DNA of 52,676 bases from a virus (lineage: Duplodnaviria > Caudoviricetes), in the IMG/VR virus record IMGVR_UViG_3300047287_000308, positions 1 through 52,676 of that record; one strand, given 5' to 3'. The notes beneath the pieces are model-generated. The model saw nothing but the letters and a program-made list of their open reading frames with translations. It made no database searches and was not told where the DNA came from. Below are positions 28,858 through 36,334 of this stretch, piece by piece (within the stretch, counting starts at the first letter, position 1; each line of letters opens with the position of its first letter). Made by a program: the position numbers and the translations under genes.

Positions 28858-29796
28858 ATGACTGCTGCTTTCAAGGTTACAACGATCAACGTGAGCACCA
28901 ACTCCCCTGAGCTGGTCCTTCTGTCCGGACGCGAGTACAAAAAGCCGTACACCGCTCTGCCTAACGCAAACCTCCCTCGGGATATGCGTAACCAGCTCGG
29001 TGTCGTCTTCAATTACCTGTCTGGCGAAGAGTTCTCCATGGAGGAGAACACGTTCCTGATCAAAGCTGACAACGGCGCATATTCCCGACTCTTCGGTCCT
29101 GTCCTCAAGGCAGGTAACTCCGAAGTCGAAGGAACCAACCCGGATAGTCTCTACATCCAATGGGGCAACCGGTTCATCCCTCTCAACGCCACCAAAGGCA
29201 AGTTCACCCGTTACGACGGGAGTGAAGTCGAGGCTGAATTCGGAGCTTTCAATTTCAGCGGACGTGGAGAAGACTCGGCCCTGTTCGTGTCTGTTGACGA
29301 CCCCTCTGGTGATGGCCAGGTAGTCCTGCCCATTGCTGTTCGGTTCAACGACTGGAACAACCACCCTGACGCCAAGTCTATGGGCGTCATGCTCAAAAAG
29401 GCCCCTGAGGAGATCGCCAAGATCGTCCAGCAGGTAGCCCCTAAGGGTGGCGGTGGGCGCCTTGAAGCCACTAACGAGTGCGAGTTCAAGGATCTTGAAC
29501 TGGATACCCCTTACAGTGTGGTGTCCTACTACCCCTGCAAGACGCGCTACGGCGTGACTTACAAGATCCTTATTCAAGACCACCCCAATGCAGGGGAGGT
29601 GTGTTCCGTTTGGGCTCACAGCAGCATTAAACCTCTGCTGGCTACCAAACCCGAGATCACTCAGGAGCGTCCTGCGACACTCACCTTGCGCTCCAAGGAG
29701 CAAAAGGATGATGGCAAATGGTACATTCGTGCCGTGCTCCTGCTCTCGGCAGTTGAAGATGCTCCGGAAGACGGGGTAGACTTGAACTTCGACTGA
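28858..29796 (+). CDS. Putative single-stranded DNA-binding protein
   Basis: Start moved to ATG 28858 (downstream of promoter); beta-rich OB-like C-half (YSVVSYYPCKTRYGVTYKILI); acidic tail EDAPEDGVDLNFD; own promoter and terminator; C-ending codon bias. Confidence 0.55.
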   Translation: MTAAFKVTTINVSTNSPELVLLSGREYKKPYTALPNANLPRDMRNQLGVVFNYLSGEEFSMEENTFLIKADNGAYSRLFGPVLKAGNSEVEGTNPDSLYIQWGNRFIPLNATKGKFTRYDGSEVEAEFGAFNFSGRGEDSALFVSVDDPSGDGQVVLPIAVRFNDWNNHPDAKSMGVMLKKAPEEIAKIVQQVAPKGGGGRLEATNECEFKDLELDTPYSVVSYYPCKTRYGVTYKILIQDHPNAGEVCSVWAHSSIKPLLATKPEITQERPATLTLRSKEQKDDGKWYIRAVLLLSAVEDAPEDGVDLNFD

Positions 29797-29822
29797 ACCT
29801 AACTGGTTTGGTTAACGTAAAG

Positions 29823-29852
29823 AGCCCGCCGTCAAACGCGGGCTTTCTTTTT
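29823..29852 (+). terminator. Intrinsic terminator
   Basis: AGCCCGC-cgtcaaac-GCGGGCT-TTCTTTTT. Confidence 0.85.
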
Positions 29853-29856
29853 ATCC

Positions 29857-29874
29857 GGTTAAAGCTACAATAGA
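29857..29874 (+). promoter_or_regulatory. Putative late promoter motif
   Basis: GGTTAAAG-ctacaa-TAGA upstream of ATG 29888. Confidence 0.6.
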
Positions 29875-29887
29875 CAGATAATTCAGC

Positions 29888-30382
29888 ATGGACAAGAAGA
29901 TTTTTAAGCCGGAGGGTTGGACGTTCTACGACGACAAGAAAAACCTTCTTGCTGATAAGCCTGAGAAGGAGAAATACACCGGAGCGCACTACGGGACTGA
30001 CCCCGAGGGTAAGTATGGCGCTGCGAAAGTTGGCTCGGGGCTTAAATCGTCTTTCGGAGGCGAAGACGAGAACCGAGATAAACCCAAGGGCGGGGCTGTT
30101 AAAGACGCTGGGCAAGTCGACATCCCTGCAGGACATAAGGTTGTCGAGCAAGGTCACCAGAACTACCGTAATTACTACCTCGTTCGCGACGAGGACGAGG
30201 ATAAGTTCTACGTTGTAGTCCCTAACATTAAAGACGACCAGGAATATCGTGGTCCTAAGCGTTCTTTACGCGCAGCAGCTCTTGAAGATGCGTTCAAGAT
30301 TCTTAATGTCTCCCTGCCCGAGTCTATCCTGGCTCAGCTGAGAATGCGCAGCCCCGAGTCTGAGATTCCTAAATCTCTTTAA
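29888..30382 (+). CDS. Hypothetical charged protein with N-terminal PEGW tag
   Basis: 164 aa, MDKKIFKPEGWTF. Confidence 0.7.
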   Translation: MDKKIFKPEGWTFYDDKKNLLADKPEKEKYTGAHYGTDPEGKYGAAKVGSGLKSSFGGEDENRDKPKGGAVKDAGQVDIPAGHKVVEQGHQNYRNYYLVRDEDEDKFYVVVPNIKDDQEYRGPKRSLRAAALEDAFKILNVSLPESILAQLRMRSPESEIPKSL

Positions 30383-30383
30383 C

Positions 30384-30412
30384 TCGACATATAGGTTTAA
30401 TTGTGATATAAT
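30384..30412 (+). promoter_or_regulatory. Host sigma70-type promoter of the nrd genes
   Basis: TCGACA-17-TATAAT with extended-10 TG. Confidence 0.7.
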
Positions 30413-30480
30413 TGACCTCCGGCCAAGGGTCGGGGGTTACAGGGGCCCAGAGCTCTGATGAATTTTTGTATCTAAAAACA

Positions 30481-31479
30481 ATGCCCTCGATTCTTGAACA
30501 CAACCCGATGGTTCTAAAAACCAAAGGGGGATTTGACTACCCGCAGTTTGCTGAAATCTACGAGAAAACCATCGCGTCTGTATGGAGACATCAAGAAGTA
30601 CCTCTTGACTCCGATGTTCGTGACTGGCAGTTTAACTCTACACAAGCCGAACGTGAACTGATTGCCGGTGTGCTCAAGGGGTTTACCTCTATGGAGTTGG
30701 GTATCCAATGCTATTGGGGTACGAAAGTCTGTGAGATGTTCCCCAAGCCTGAAATCCAGGCCATGGCTCGTGCATTTAGCACGTTTGAAACCATTCATGC
30801 TTTTGCATATAACTACTTGAGCGACGAGCTGGGGTTAGATGAGTATGAAGAGTTTATCTCCGACCCCGTAGCTCTGCAGAAAGTCTCAATGTTCTTCAGA
30901 GAGTGTGCATCGGACAAAGTTTCCCTAGCTGTGTTTAGCGGGGCGGGTGAAGGAGTGTCGCTATACAGTTCTTTTGCGATTTTGCTATCGTTCACTAAAG
31001 ACGGCCGTTATACCGGTATCAACAGCTTGATTAGCTGGTCCTGCCTTGACGAAGATACTCACTCTTCGGCCGGATGTGAGCTATTCCGAGTCCTTGTAGA
31101 CGAAGTTGGTATTACCGACGAGGAGGTTCAAGCGATTTACGAAGGATTCAAGGTAATCGTCAATAACGAAATCGCATTTATCGATAACATTTTCTCCGAA
31201 CACGGTCAAGTCCCTCTAGATAAAAGCGATCTCAAAGGGTTTTTGAAGTCTCGGGCTAACAATAAACTCGTAGAACTTCGTCTCCAGCCTATTTTTACGC
31301 TAACTCCTGAGGAAATCGAAGGCGCAGCGAGAATCTCCGGTTGGTTTGACCCCATGGTTCGTGGTGCTATTAGTCACGACTTCTTCAAAACTAAGAAAGA
31401 AGGATCGTCTTATACTGCCAAACCCAATCAGGATTTTATGTCCGTAGACCTTACAACTCTGGACCTGTCTATCCCATGA
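30481..31479 (+). CDS. nrdB: Class I ribonucleotide reductase beta subunit
   Basis: W..EVPL..DV.DW, ETIH..AY (ligands plus radical Tyr), EGVSLYSSF, DEDTH, DFF; ATG 30481 chosen because TTG 30412 overlaps the -10. Confidence 0.95.
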   Translation: MPSILEHNPMVLKTKGGFDYPQFAEIYEKTIASVWRHQEVPLDSDVRDWQFNSTQAERELIAGVLKGFTSMELGIQCYWGTKVCEMFPKPEIQAMARAFSTFETIHAFAYNYLSDELGLDEYEEFISDPVALQKVSMFFRECASDKVSLAVFSGAGEGVSLYSSFAILLSFTKDGRYTGINSLISWSCLDEDTHSSAGCELFRVLVDEVGITDEEVQAIYEGFKVIVNNEIAFIDNIFSEHGQVPLDKSDLKGFLKSRANNKLVELRLQPIFTLTPEEIEGAARISGWFDPMVRGAISHDFFKTKKEGSSYTAKPNQDFMSVDLTTLDLSIP

Positions 31480-31736
31480 AAGACGGTCCTTACCCTGTAT
31501 TTCAAAATGGAAAACCAGACCCAGTCTGGGTTTTAATGACTGAATACGGGCTGAGAACTTTCCTAGACGCGGATTCCGCACACGATTTCTGGATTATTCA
31601 TCAACATGGCAACTCATCCCATTCCAGACCACAACAAACAAATCATGCAACAGGAGCACGGGACGGCTTATCTGATCACGGACCCGGCATCGAACACCCT
31701 ACTGACTCAAGCTACCAGAAACCACATGAAAAATAA
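31476..31736 (+). CDS. Hypothetical protein
   Basis: ATGA-coupled to nrdB; 3' half overlaps the next small ORF. Confidence 0.5.
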   Translation: MKDGPYPVFQNGKPDPVWVLMTEYGLRTFLDADSAHDFWIIHQHGNSSHSRPQQTNHATGARDGLSDHGPGIEHPTDSSYQKPHEK

Positions 31737-31767
31737 AAAGGAGGTCCGTGACTCATGGACCATCTGA
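31606..31767 (+). CDS. Small hypothetical protein (53 aa, not in ORF track)
   Basis: Translated by hand: MATHPIPDHNKQIMQQEHGTAYLITDPASNTLLTQATRNHMKNKKEVRDSWTI. Confidence 0.55.
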   Translation: MATHPIPDHNKQIMQQEHGTAYLITDPASNTLLTQATRNHMKNKKEVRDSWTI

Positions 31768-32210
31768 GACCAGTAGTACCAGAAGGCTGGAGGCAACGGC
31801 AGACAGTGTCCATGGACGAGCCTCCTGAACTCGACCAACGAGACCTTCAGCAAGAGCTTTGGAAGCCTTGGAAAGATAGTCCGTATGAGGTTTCCAATAT
31901 GGGTCGTGTCAGACGCGACCAAAAAGACGGAACTTACATGATCAGGCGTCCCCGTAGCGATGGCAAAGGTCACCTTAGATACAACTTGACCTGGGAACGC
32001 AACGGCACTGCGTATCGAGAAGAGCCTTTTATTCACCAGATGGTCATGGCCCTGTTCGGTCCACCTAAACCAGCAGGAGACCACATCATTATCCTCCATG
32101 GTGGGGACAATGGCCATGATAACAGACTTTCCAATCTTAGCTGGGGCTCCCGTGCTGAGAATGTGGAAGAAGCCTATGACAACGGAAAACTTCACCGATC
32201 TAACTACTGA
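31755..32210 (+). CDS. NUMOD4-HNH homing endonuclease-like protein with N-terminal PEGW tag
   Basis: WKPWKDSPYEVSNMGRVR (NUMOD4); IHQMV..F..ILHGGDNGHDNRLSNLSWGSRAEN (HNH); GGAGG SD; free-standing between nrdB and nrdA. Confidence 0.85.
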   Translation: MDHLRPVVPEGWRQRQTVSMDEPPELDQRDLQQELWKPWKDSPYEVSNMGRVRRDQKDGTYMIRRPRSDGKGHLRYNLTWERNGTAYREEPFIHQMVMALFGPPKPAGDHIIILHGGDNGHDNRLSNLSWGSRAENVEEAYDNGKLHRSNY

Positions 32211-34144
32211 TGACCACTGAACAAGTTCCTGCCTGGATGACCCAAGAAGCGATTGACACTCTGTCTCGCGGATATCTCATGCCTGGGGAAACCCCTAGGG
32301 ACATGTGGCGTAGGGTCTCTAACACCGCTGCGAGAATTCTAGCTTTTCCCGACATCGAAGAAGATATTTTTGAGATGTTCTGGCGAGGTTATTTCGGCGG
32401 TGCTACTCCTGTGCTTAGCAACATGGGTACCAACAGGGGGCTTACTATCAGTTGTTTTGGCGTAGCCATTTCCGATAGTGTTCAGAGTATCTATTCACAC
32501 CTCAAGGAAGTTGCTGCGCTAAGTAAGAACGGCGGTGGTGTAGGGGTGTATTTTGGCGATATCCGACCATCTGGGTCACCTATTACCGGTGGAGGTAAAA
32601 GCACTGGGATTGTCCCTTGGGCTCGTCAATATGATCAGTGCGCGTCTGTCGTATCGCAAGGTGGTGTACGTAGGGGTAGTTTTGCAATGTATCTGCCAAT
32701 CTCTCACCCGGATCTGCCAGAGTTGCTTCGTGCTAAAGACCACTCGCAAGGTGACCCCAGGAACTTTATCGATAGCAACATCGCAGTAGTTATCGAAGAT
32801 TCTTGGATCCAGGAGATGCTCAGGGGAGATGTTGAGAAAAAGAAGCTGTTTGGTGAGGTTCTGAAGATGAGAATGATCAGCGGTTCTCCGTATATCACTT
32901 TCATTGACAATGCCAATAATGCCAACCCTGAGTGCTATGTCCAGCGTGGGCTTAACGTAAAGTCATCTCAACTTTGCAACGAGATCTATCTATACAATGA
33001 TGAAAACCATACATACGTGTGTGTTCTTTCGTCGCTGAATCTTGCCAAGTACGACGAATGGAGGAACTGGCGCGGGGCCAATACTGGTAAAACCGCCCCG
33101 GAACTCGCTGTGTACTTTCTAGATGCAGTTGTCGAAGAGTTTATCAACAAAGCCGACAGGATTCCGTCTTTGGGACGTGCGGTAAGGTTTGCCAAGAAGT
33201 CTCGTGCTCTCGGTCTAGGGACGATGGGTCTTCATGCTCTGTACCAGTCTCGTGGTTTGCCCTTTGCATCGCCAGAAGCTCGGGAGCTGAACATTGAGAC
33301 TCACAAGTACATCCATGATATGGCCCTAAAGGCTTCTCAGGATATGGCCGTTGAGTACGGTGAACCGGAATGGTGCGAAGGTAACGGGGTTAGACACACT
33401 CATATCACTGCAATTGCCCCGACCAAGACGAATTCATCTATCTGCGGTGCTGTGTCGGAAGGTATTGAACCGATCAATGCTAATTATTACACAGCTAAGC
33501 AAGCCAAAGGTACGTTTACTCGCAAGAACCCGTATCTGGAGAAGTATCTAGAAGAAATCGGGCATAACACCAGCTCTGTCTGGCAGTCCATTCTCGATGC
33601 GAGGGGCTCTGTGCAGCATCTGACAAACATTCTCAGTGCTGATGCTCGTGAAGTCTTTAAGACTGTCTTTGAGATCGACCAGTTTGAGATCGTCAAGCAA
33701 GCTGCAGATAGACAACCGTTTGTGTCTCAAGGACAGTCAGTCAATCTATTTGTCGACCCAGAGTGCAGTGCGGAATACTTGTATAAGCTGCATCTGTCTG
33801 CATGGCATGCAGGTCTTAAGGGGCTTTACTACCTCAAGTCCAGCTCTCTGCTGGTTAAGAAGAAGTCTAAGCCTACTGCCAAGGTGTACACCAAACCTGG
33901 TTGTCCTTATTGCGACCGGGCTAAGTCGTTACTCAAAGCTCAGGGGTATCCTATTGTTGAAAAACACCCGAATGACTGGCCTGGACAGAAATTCCCCTAC
34001 GCCACCGTACCTCAGATCTGGCTGGGAGACGAGTTCGTAGGCGGCTGTAGCGACCTGGAGCACAAGCTGCTTAGCAAGACGTTACAGAAAGTTTTTAACC
34101 CCGGCACTGCCGAAGAGGTTGACTGCTTGGCCTGTCAAGGCTAG
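32210..34144 (+). CDS. nrdA: Class I ribonucleotide reductase alpha subunit with inserted glutaredoxin domain
   Basis: ATPVLSN, ISCF, GGGVG, SQGGVRRGS, LCNEI, CVLSSLNL, RALGLG, AIAPT, QGQSVN, GLKGLYY; C-terminal CLAC; no ATP cone. Confidence 0.95.
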   Translation: MTTEQVPAWMTQEAIDTLSRGYLMPGETPRDMWRRVSNTAARILAFPDIEEDIFEMFWRGYFGGATPVLSNMGTNRGLTISCFGVAISDSVQSIYSHLKEVAALSKNGGGVGVYFGDIRPSGSPITGGGKSTGIVPWARQYDQCASVVSQGGVRRGSFAMYLPISHPDLPELLRAKDHSQGDPRNFIDSNIAVVIEDSWIQEMLRGDVEKKKLFGEVLKMRMISGSPYITFIDNANNANPECYVQRGLNVKSSQLCNEIYLYNDENHTYVCVLSSLNLAKYDEWRNWRGANTGKTAPELAVYFLDAVVEEFINKADRIPSLGRAVRFAKKSRALGLGTMGLHALYQSRGLPFASPEARELNIETHKYIHDMALKASQDMAVEYGEPEWCEGNGVRHTHITAIAPTKTNSSICGAVSEGIEPINANYYTAKQAKGTFTRKNPYLEKYLEEIGHNTSSVWQSILDARGSVQHLTNILSADAREVFKTVFEIDQFEIVKQAADRQPFVSQGQSVNLFVDPECSAEYLYKLHLSAWHAGLKGLYYLKSSSLLVKKKSKPTAKVYTKPGCPYCDRAKSLLKAQGYPIVEKHPNDWPGQKFPYATVPQIWLGDEFVGGCSDLEHKLLSKTLQKVFNPGTAEEVDCLACQG

Positions 34145-34221
34145 TGTGTGCTGGGGCAGTGGGATACTGCTCTAGGGGGCTGCCCCGTTTAACTCCGTGA
34201 ACCCCTAGGGCTTTTACTACA

Positions 34222-34383
34222 ATGGCTAACACCGTTCCCAATCGCTTCCACAACTCAGGCAAAGACCCGAAGAGGACACTGCGTCCTCAGGCACTTCGCG
34301 ATGCGAAGAAAAGAAGACAGGCGTTGTTGTCAAAACTCTCTGCGGCGTGCTATAATACACCAATAGCTAAAGACTCCAGATGA
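34222..34383 (+). CDS. Small basic protein (53 aa, not in ORF track)
   Basis: Translated by hand: MANTVPNRFHNSGKDPKRTLRPQALRDAKKRRQALLSKLSAACYNTPIAKDSR; ATGA-coupled to next gene. Confidence 0.6.
   Translation: MANTVPNRFHNSGKDPKRTLRPQALRDAKKRRQALLSKLSAACYNTPIAKDSR
34327..34356 (+). promoter_or_regulatory. Host sigma70-type promoter
   Basis: TTGTCA-18-TATAAT with extended-10 TG. Confidence 0.65.
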
Positions 34384-34793
34384 CGTTTGACTTTGCAGAT
34401 TTTATCAACCGTCAGGTTGCTCTGCAGGATAAATATGAGTGTGCGTCTGCCGATCACGGTGGAAAGCGTTGGCCTATTGCTGACTATACTGACGGTGAAA
34501 GGTATAGCAGGACTGACGAGTACCTTTTTCATCTGGTCGAAGAAGTCATCGAGGCCCGGTCCAAGGTAAAAAGGCGGAGGTGGAAGGGGGATAAAGAGCA
34601 AGGGTTTCTGCAAGATCCTCAGATGAGGTCAGAGTTTGTTACTGAGCTTGCTGATCAGTTAATCATCTTCGCTGCGGTATGTGCTTATGCCGGTGTGTCT
34701 GGAGATGACATTGTATCTGCGTTGATGGACAAGGTCAATTACAACCAAGTGAGGACCGATCATGCAACGAATCCCTCAAGTTCTGATTCCTGA
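34380..34793 (+). CDS. All-alpha NTP pyrophosphohydrolase (dimeric dUTPase/MazG superfamily)
   Basis: LVEEVIEA..RRRWK..TELADQLI (EExxE..ExxD) motif. Confidence 0.75.
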   Translation: MTFDFADFINRQVALQDKYECASADHGGKRWPIADYTDGERYSRTDEYLFHLVEEVIEARSKVKRRRWKGDKEQGFLQDPQMRSEFVTELADQLIIFAAVCAYAGVSGDDIVSALMDKVNYNQVRTDHATNPSSSDS

Positions 34794-34965
34794 ATACAGC
34801 GATAAACGTTGTGTTTATTGCGACGGTGCGGGGTTTGTCCTCCGTCAGGACAGTCTTCGTAACTGGGAGAACGTTGTAATCGAGTGCAAATTCTGCGGAG
34901 GAACTGGTAACAGAGTAAATGAAACCCCCCTTCAGACCTCATCAAGAAGTCTTAGTTCTGAATAA
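34762..34965 (+). CDS. Small DnaJ-type zinc finger protein
   Basis: CVYCDGAG..CKFCGGTG. Confidence 0.65.
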   Translation: MQRIPQVLIPEYSDKRCVYCDGAGFVLRQDSLRNWENVVIECKFCGGTGNRVNETPLQTSSRSLSSE

Positions 34966-35392
34966 CTCGTACGAGGTTTTAAATATCACCTCGGGTAAGC
35001 GGGCTATTGTACTACTGCTTAAGCAAAAAGCCGAGGTGCTCAGCCATTGCACGATCAGATTAGTACAGTATGTCAGAGTGCCGTTATCGAAGTTAAGCCG
35101 AGAAAAACCCACCAAAGCTGGTATTTACCATCGCGATGGCCATCGCTGTCAGTATTGTGGATCGACCAGGTCGTTGACTATTGACCACGTACTCCCAAGA
35201 TCGCGAGGAGGAGAAGATACGTGGGAAAACCTGGTAGTTTGTTGTTCGCCTTGCAACGTTCGCAAAGGTGATCGTCTATTGGAGCATACCGGCATGGTCT
35301 TAGAGACTCGTCCCAAAGCCCCACCAAACAAAGTGCATACTTATGTTGTTGAGTCGGGCAATTCTGACTGGCATCAGTACACATTCCAATGA
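34919..35392 (+). CDS. HNH endonuclease (McrA-like)
   Basis: VLVLNNSYEVL, RDGHRCQYCG, LTIDHVLPRSRGG, WENLVVCCSPCNVRKG. Confidence 0.92.
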   Translation: MKPPFRPHQEVLVLNNSYEVLNITSGKRAIVLLLKQKAEVLSHCTIRLVQYVRVPLSKLSREKPTKAGIYHRDGHRCQYCGSTRSLTIDHVLPRSRGGEDTWENLVVCCSPCNVRKGDRLLEHTGMVLETRPKAPPNKVHTYVVESGNSDWHQYTFQ

Positions 35393-35535
35393 AAGTCCAC
35401 GTAACTAAACTCATGAAGAGGGTGTTATCCAACCCTAAATCTTGCGAGGAATTGCAGCAAGCCCTCGTAAATCCCAGTAAGACGGTTACAATCGATGGGA
35501 AGATCTATTCTTTGGAACAGGTCAAAGGCGTTTAA
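35389..35535 (+). CDS. Small hypothetical protein (48 aa, not in ORF track)
   Basis: Translated by hand: MKVHVTKLMKRVLSNPKSCEELQQALVNPSKTVTIDGKIYSLEQVKGV; ATGA-coupled. Confidence 0.6.
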   Translation: MKVHVTKLMKRVLSNPKSCEELQQALVNPSKTVTIDGKIYSLEQVKGV

Positions 35536-35547
35536 AGTACGAGTAGT
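35530..35547 (+). promoter_or_regulatory. Putative late promoter motif
   Basis: GTTTAAAG-tacgag-TAGT upstream of ATG 35560. Confidence 0.6.
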
Positions 35548-35559
35548 AAACATATAAAA

Positions 35560-36075
35560 ATGGCTAATTTTGAGAAACCTGCTGACTGGAGCGTAGCTCC
35601 GGCTGGGGACTGGGTATCTAAGGAAGCTCTGCAGGATCGCGGTGCTCCGCAACTTGGCGACCCCGGTTATGCTGAAAAATCGGCTTGTGAGTGTGACACG
35701 GAGGAGTACGATGAAGACGGGCTTGGTGGGCTGGCAAGAATCTCTGGAATTAAAGGAGTTCCAAGGGTTGGTAGAGATATGCCTAGTGCTACTGGCTTCA
35801 ATAAAACACTGAAAACATCTAGCGAGGGGTTAGTTGAGCGATGTCCTCCAGGCACCAAAGCAAATGGCACAGCTTGCGAACCTGATCCTGCTGGCTCCAA
35901 AGCTTCTCCTTTGACGATCTACAAACGTATGCAAAAGAATAAACAAGAACAGCTTGAGGGGAAGGGGAACACTAAGGATCTGAGTAGTGACGATAAAGGA
36001 TCTACTGGCCCAGGTAAAAACCCTTGGGCTCTGAGCACCCTACCCTTACTGAAACGCGGAGACCAAAACGGATGA
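35560..36075 (+). CDS. Hypothetical disordered protein with N-terminal PADW tag variant
   Basis: 171 aa; MANFEKPADWSV; small RCPPGTKANGTAC module. Confidence 0.7.
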   Translation: MANFEKPADWSVAPAGDWVSKEALQDRGAPQLGDPGYAEKSACECDTEEYDEDGLGGLARISGIKGVPRVGRDMPSATGFNKTLKTSSEGLVERCPPGTKANGTACEPDPAGSKASPLTIYKRMQKNKQEQLEGKGNTKDLSSDDKGSTGPGKNPWALSTLPLLKRGDQNG

Positions 36076-36311
36076 TGGAACGTCTGCCCAAGCCTCTAAA
36101 GTTCTCCAACGACACTGACTGGTTCATTGTCGCCCGAGACGGAGAGAGGTTTTATATCGCGCCTGGAGACAAACTCCGCGAAAATCCGCTAGCTTCGATG
36201 GAAGACCTTGGCCCCAAAACCCTACTGGAGTGGGCGATGGAGACCGACTACCCTATCGCGAAGTTTGTCCGCTTGCAAAAAGTTCTCGTGGAGAAATACT
36301 TCGGTCTGTAA
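36072..36311 (+). CDS. Hypothetical protein
   Basis: ATGA-coupled start 36072, MMERLPKPLKF.. Confidence 0.6.
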   Translation: MMERLPKPLKFSNDTDWFIVARDGERFYIAPGDKLRENPLASMEDLGPKTLLEWAMETDYPIAKFVRLQKVLVEKYFGL

Positions 36312-36334
36312 TAGATCCGTGCTAAAATAGGAGG
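36300..36334 (+). promoter_or_regulatory. Extended -10 promoter and SD
   Basis: TTCGGT-17-TAAAAT with TG, then GGAGG before ATG 36335. Confidence 0.5.

Noticed and set aside
28789-29703. 304-aa antisense ORF opposite the SSB-like gene
   Set aside because: Shadow frame expected from the strong codon bias of the plus-strand gene; no motifs or promoter
30445-30470. CTGATGA in the nrdB leader as hammerhead core
   Set aside because: No stem II followed by GAAA, and no stem III
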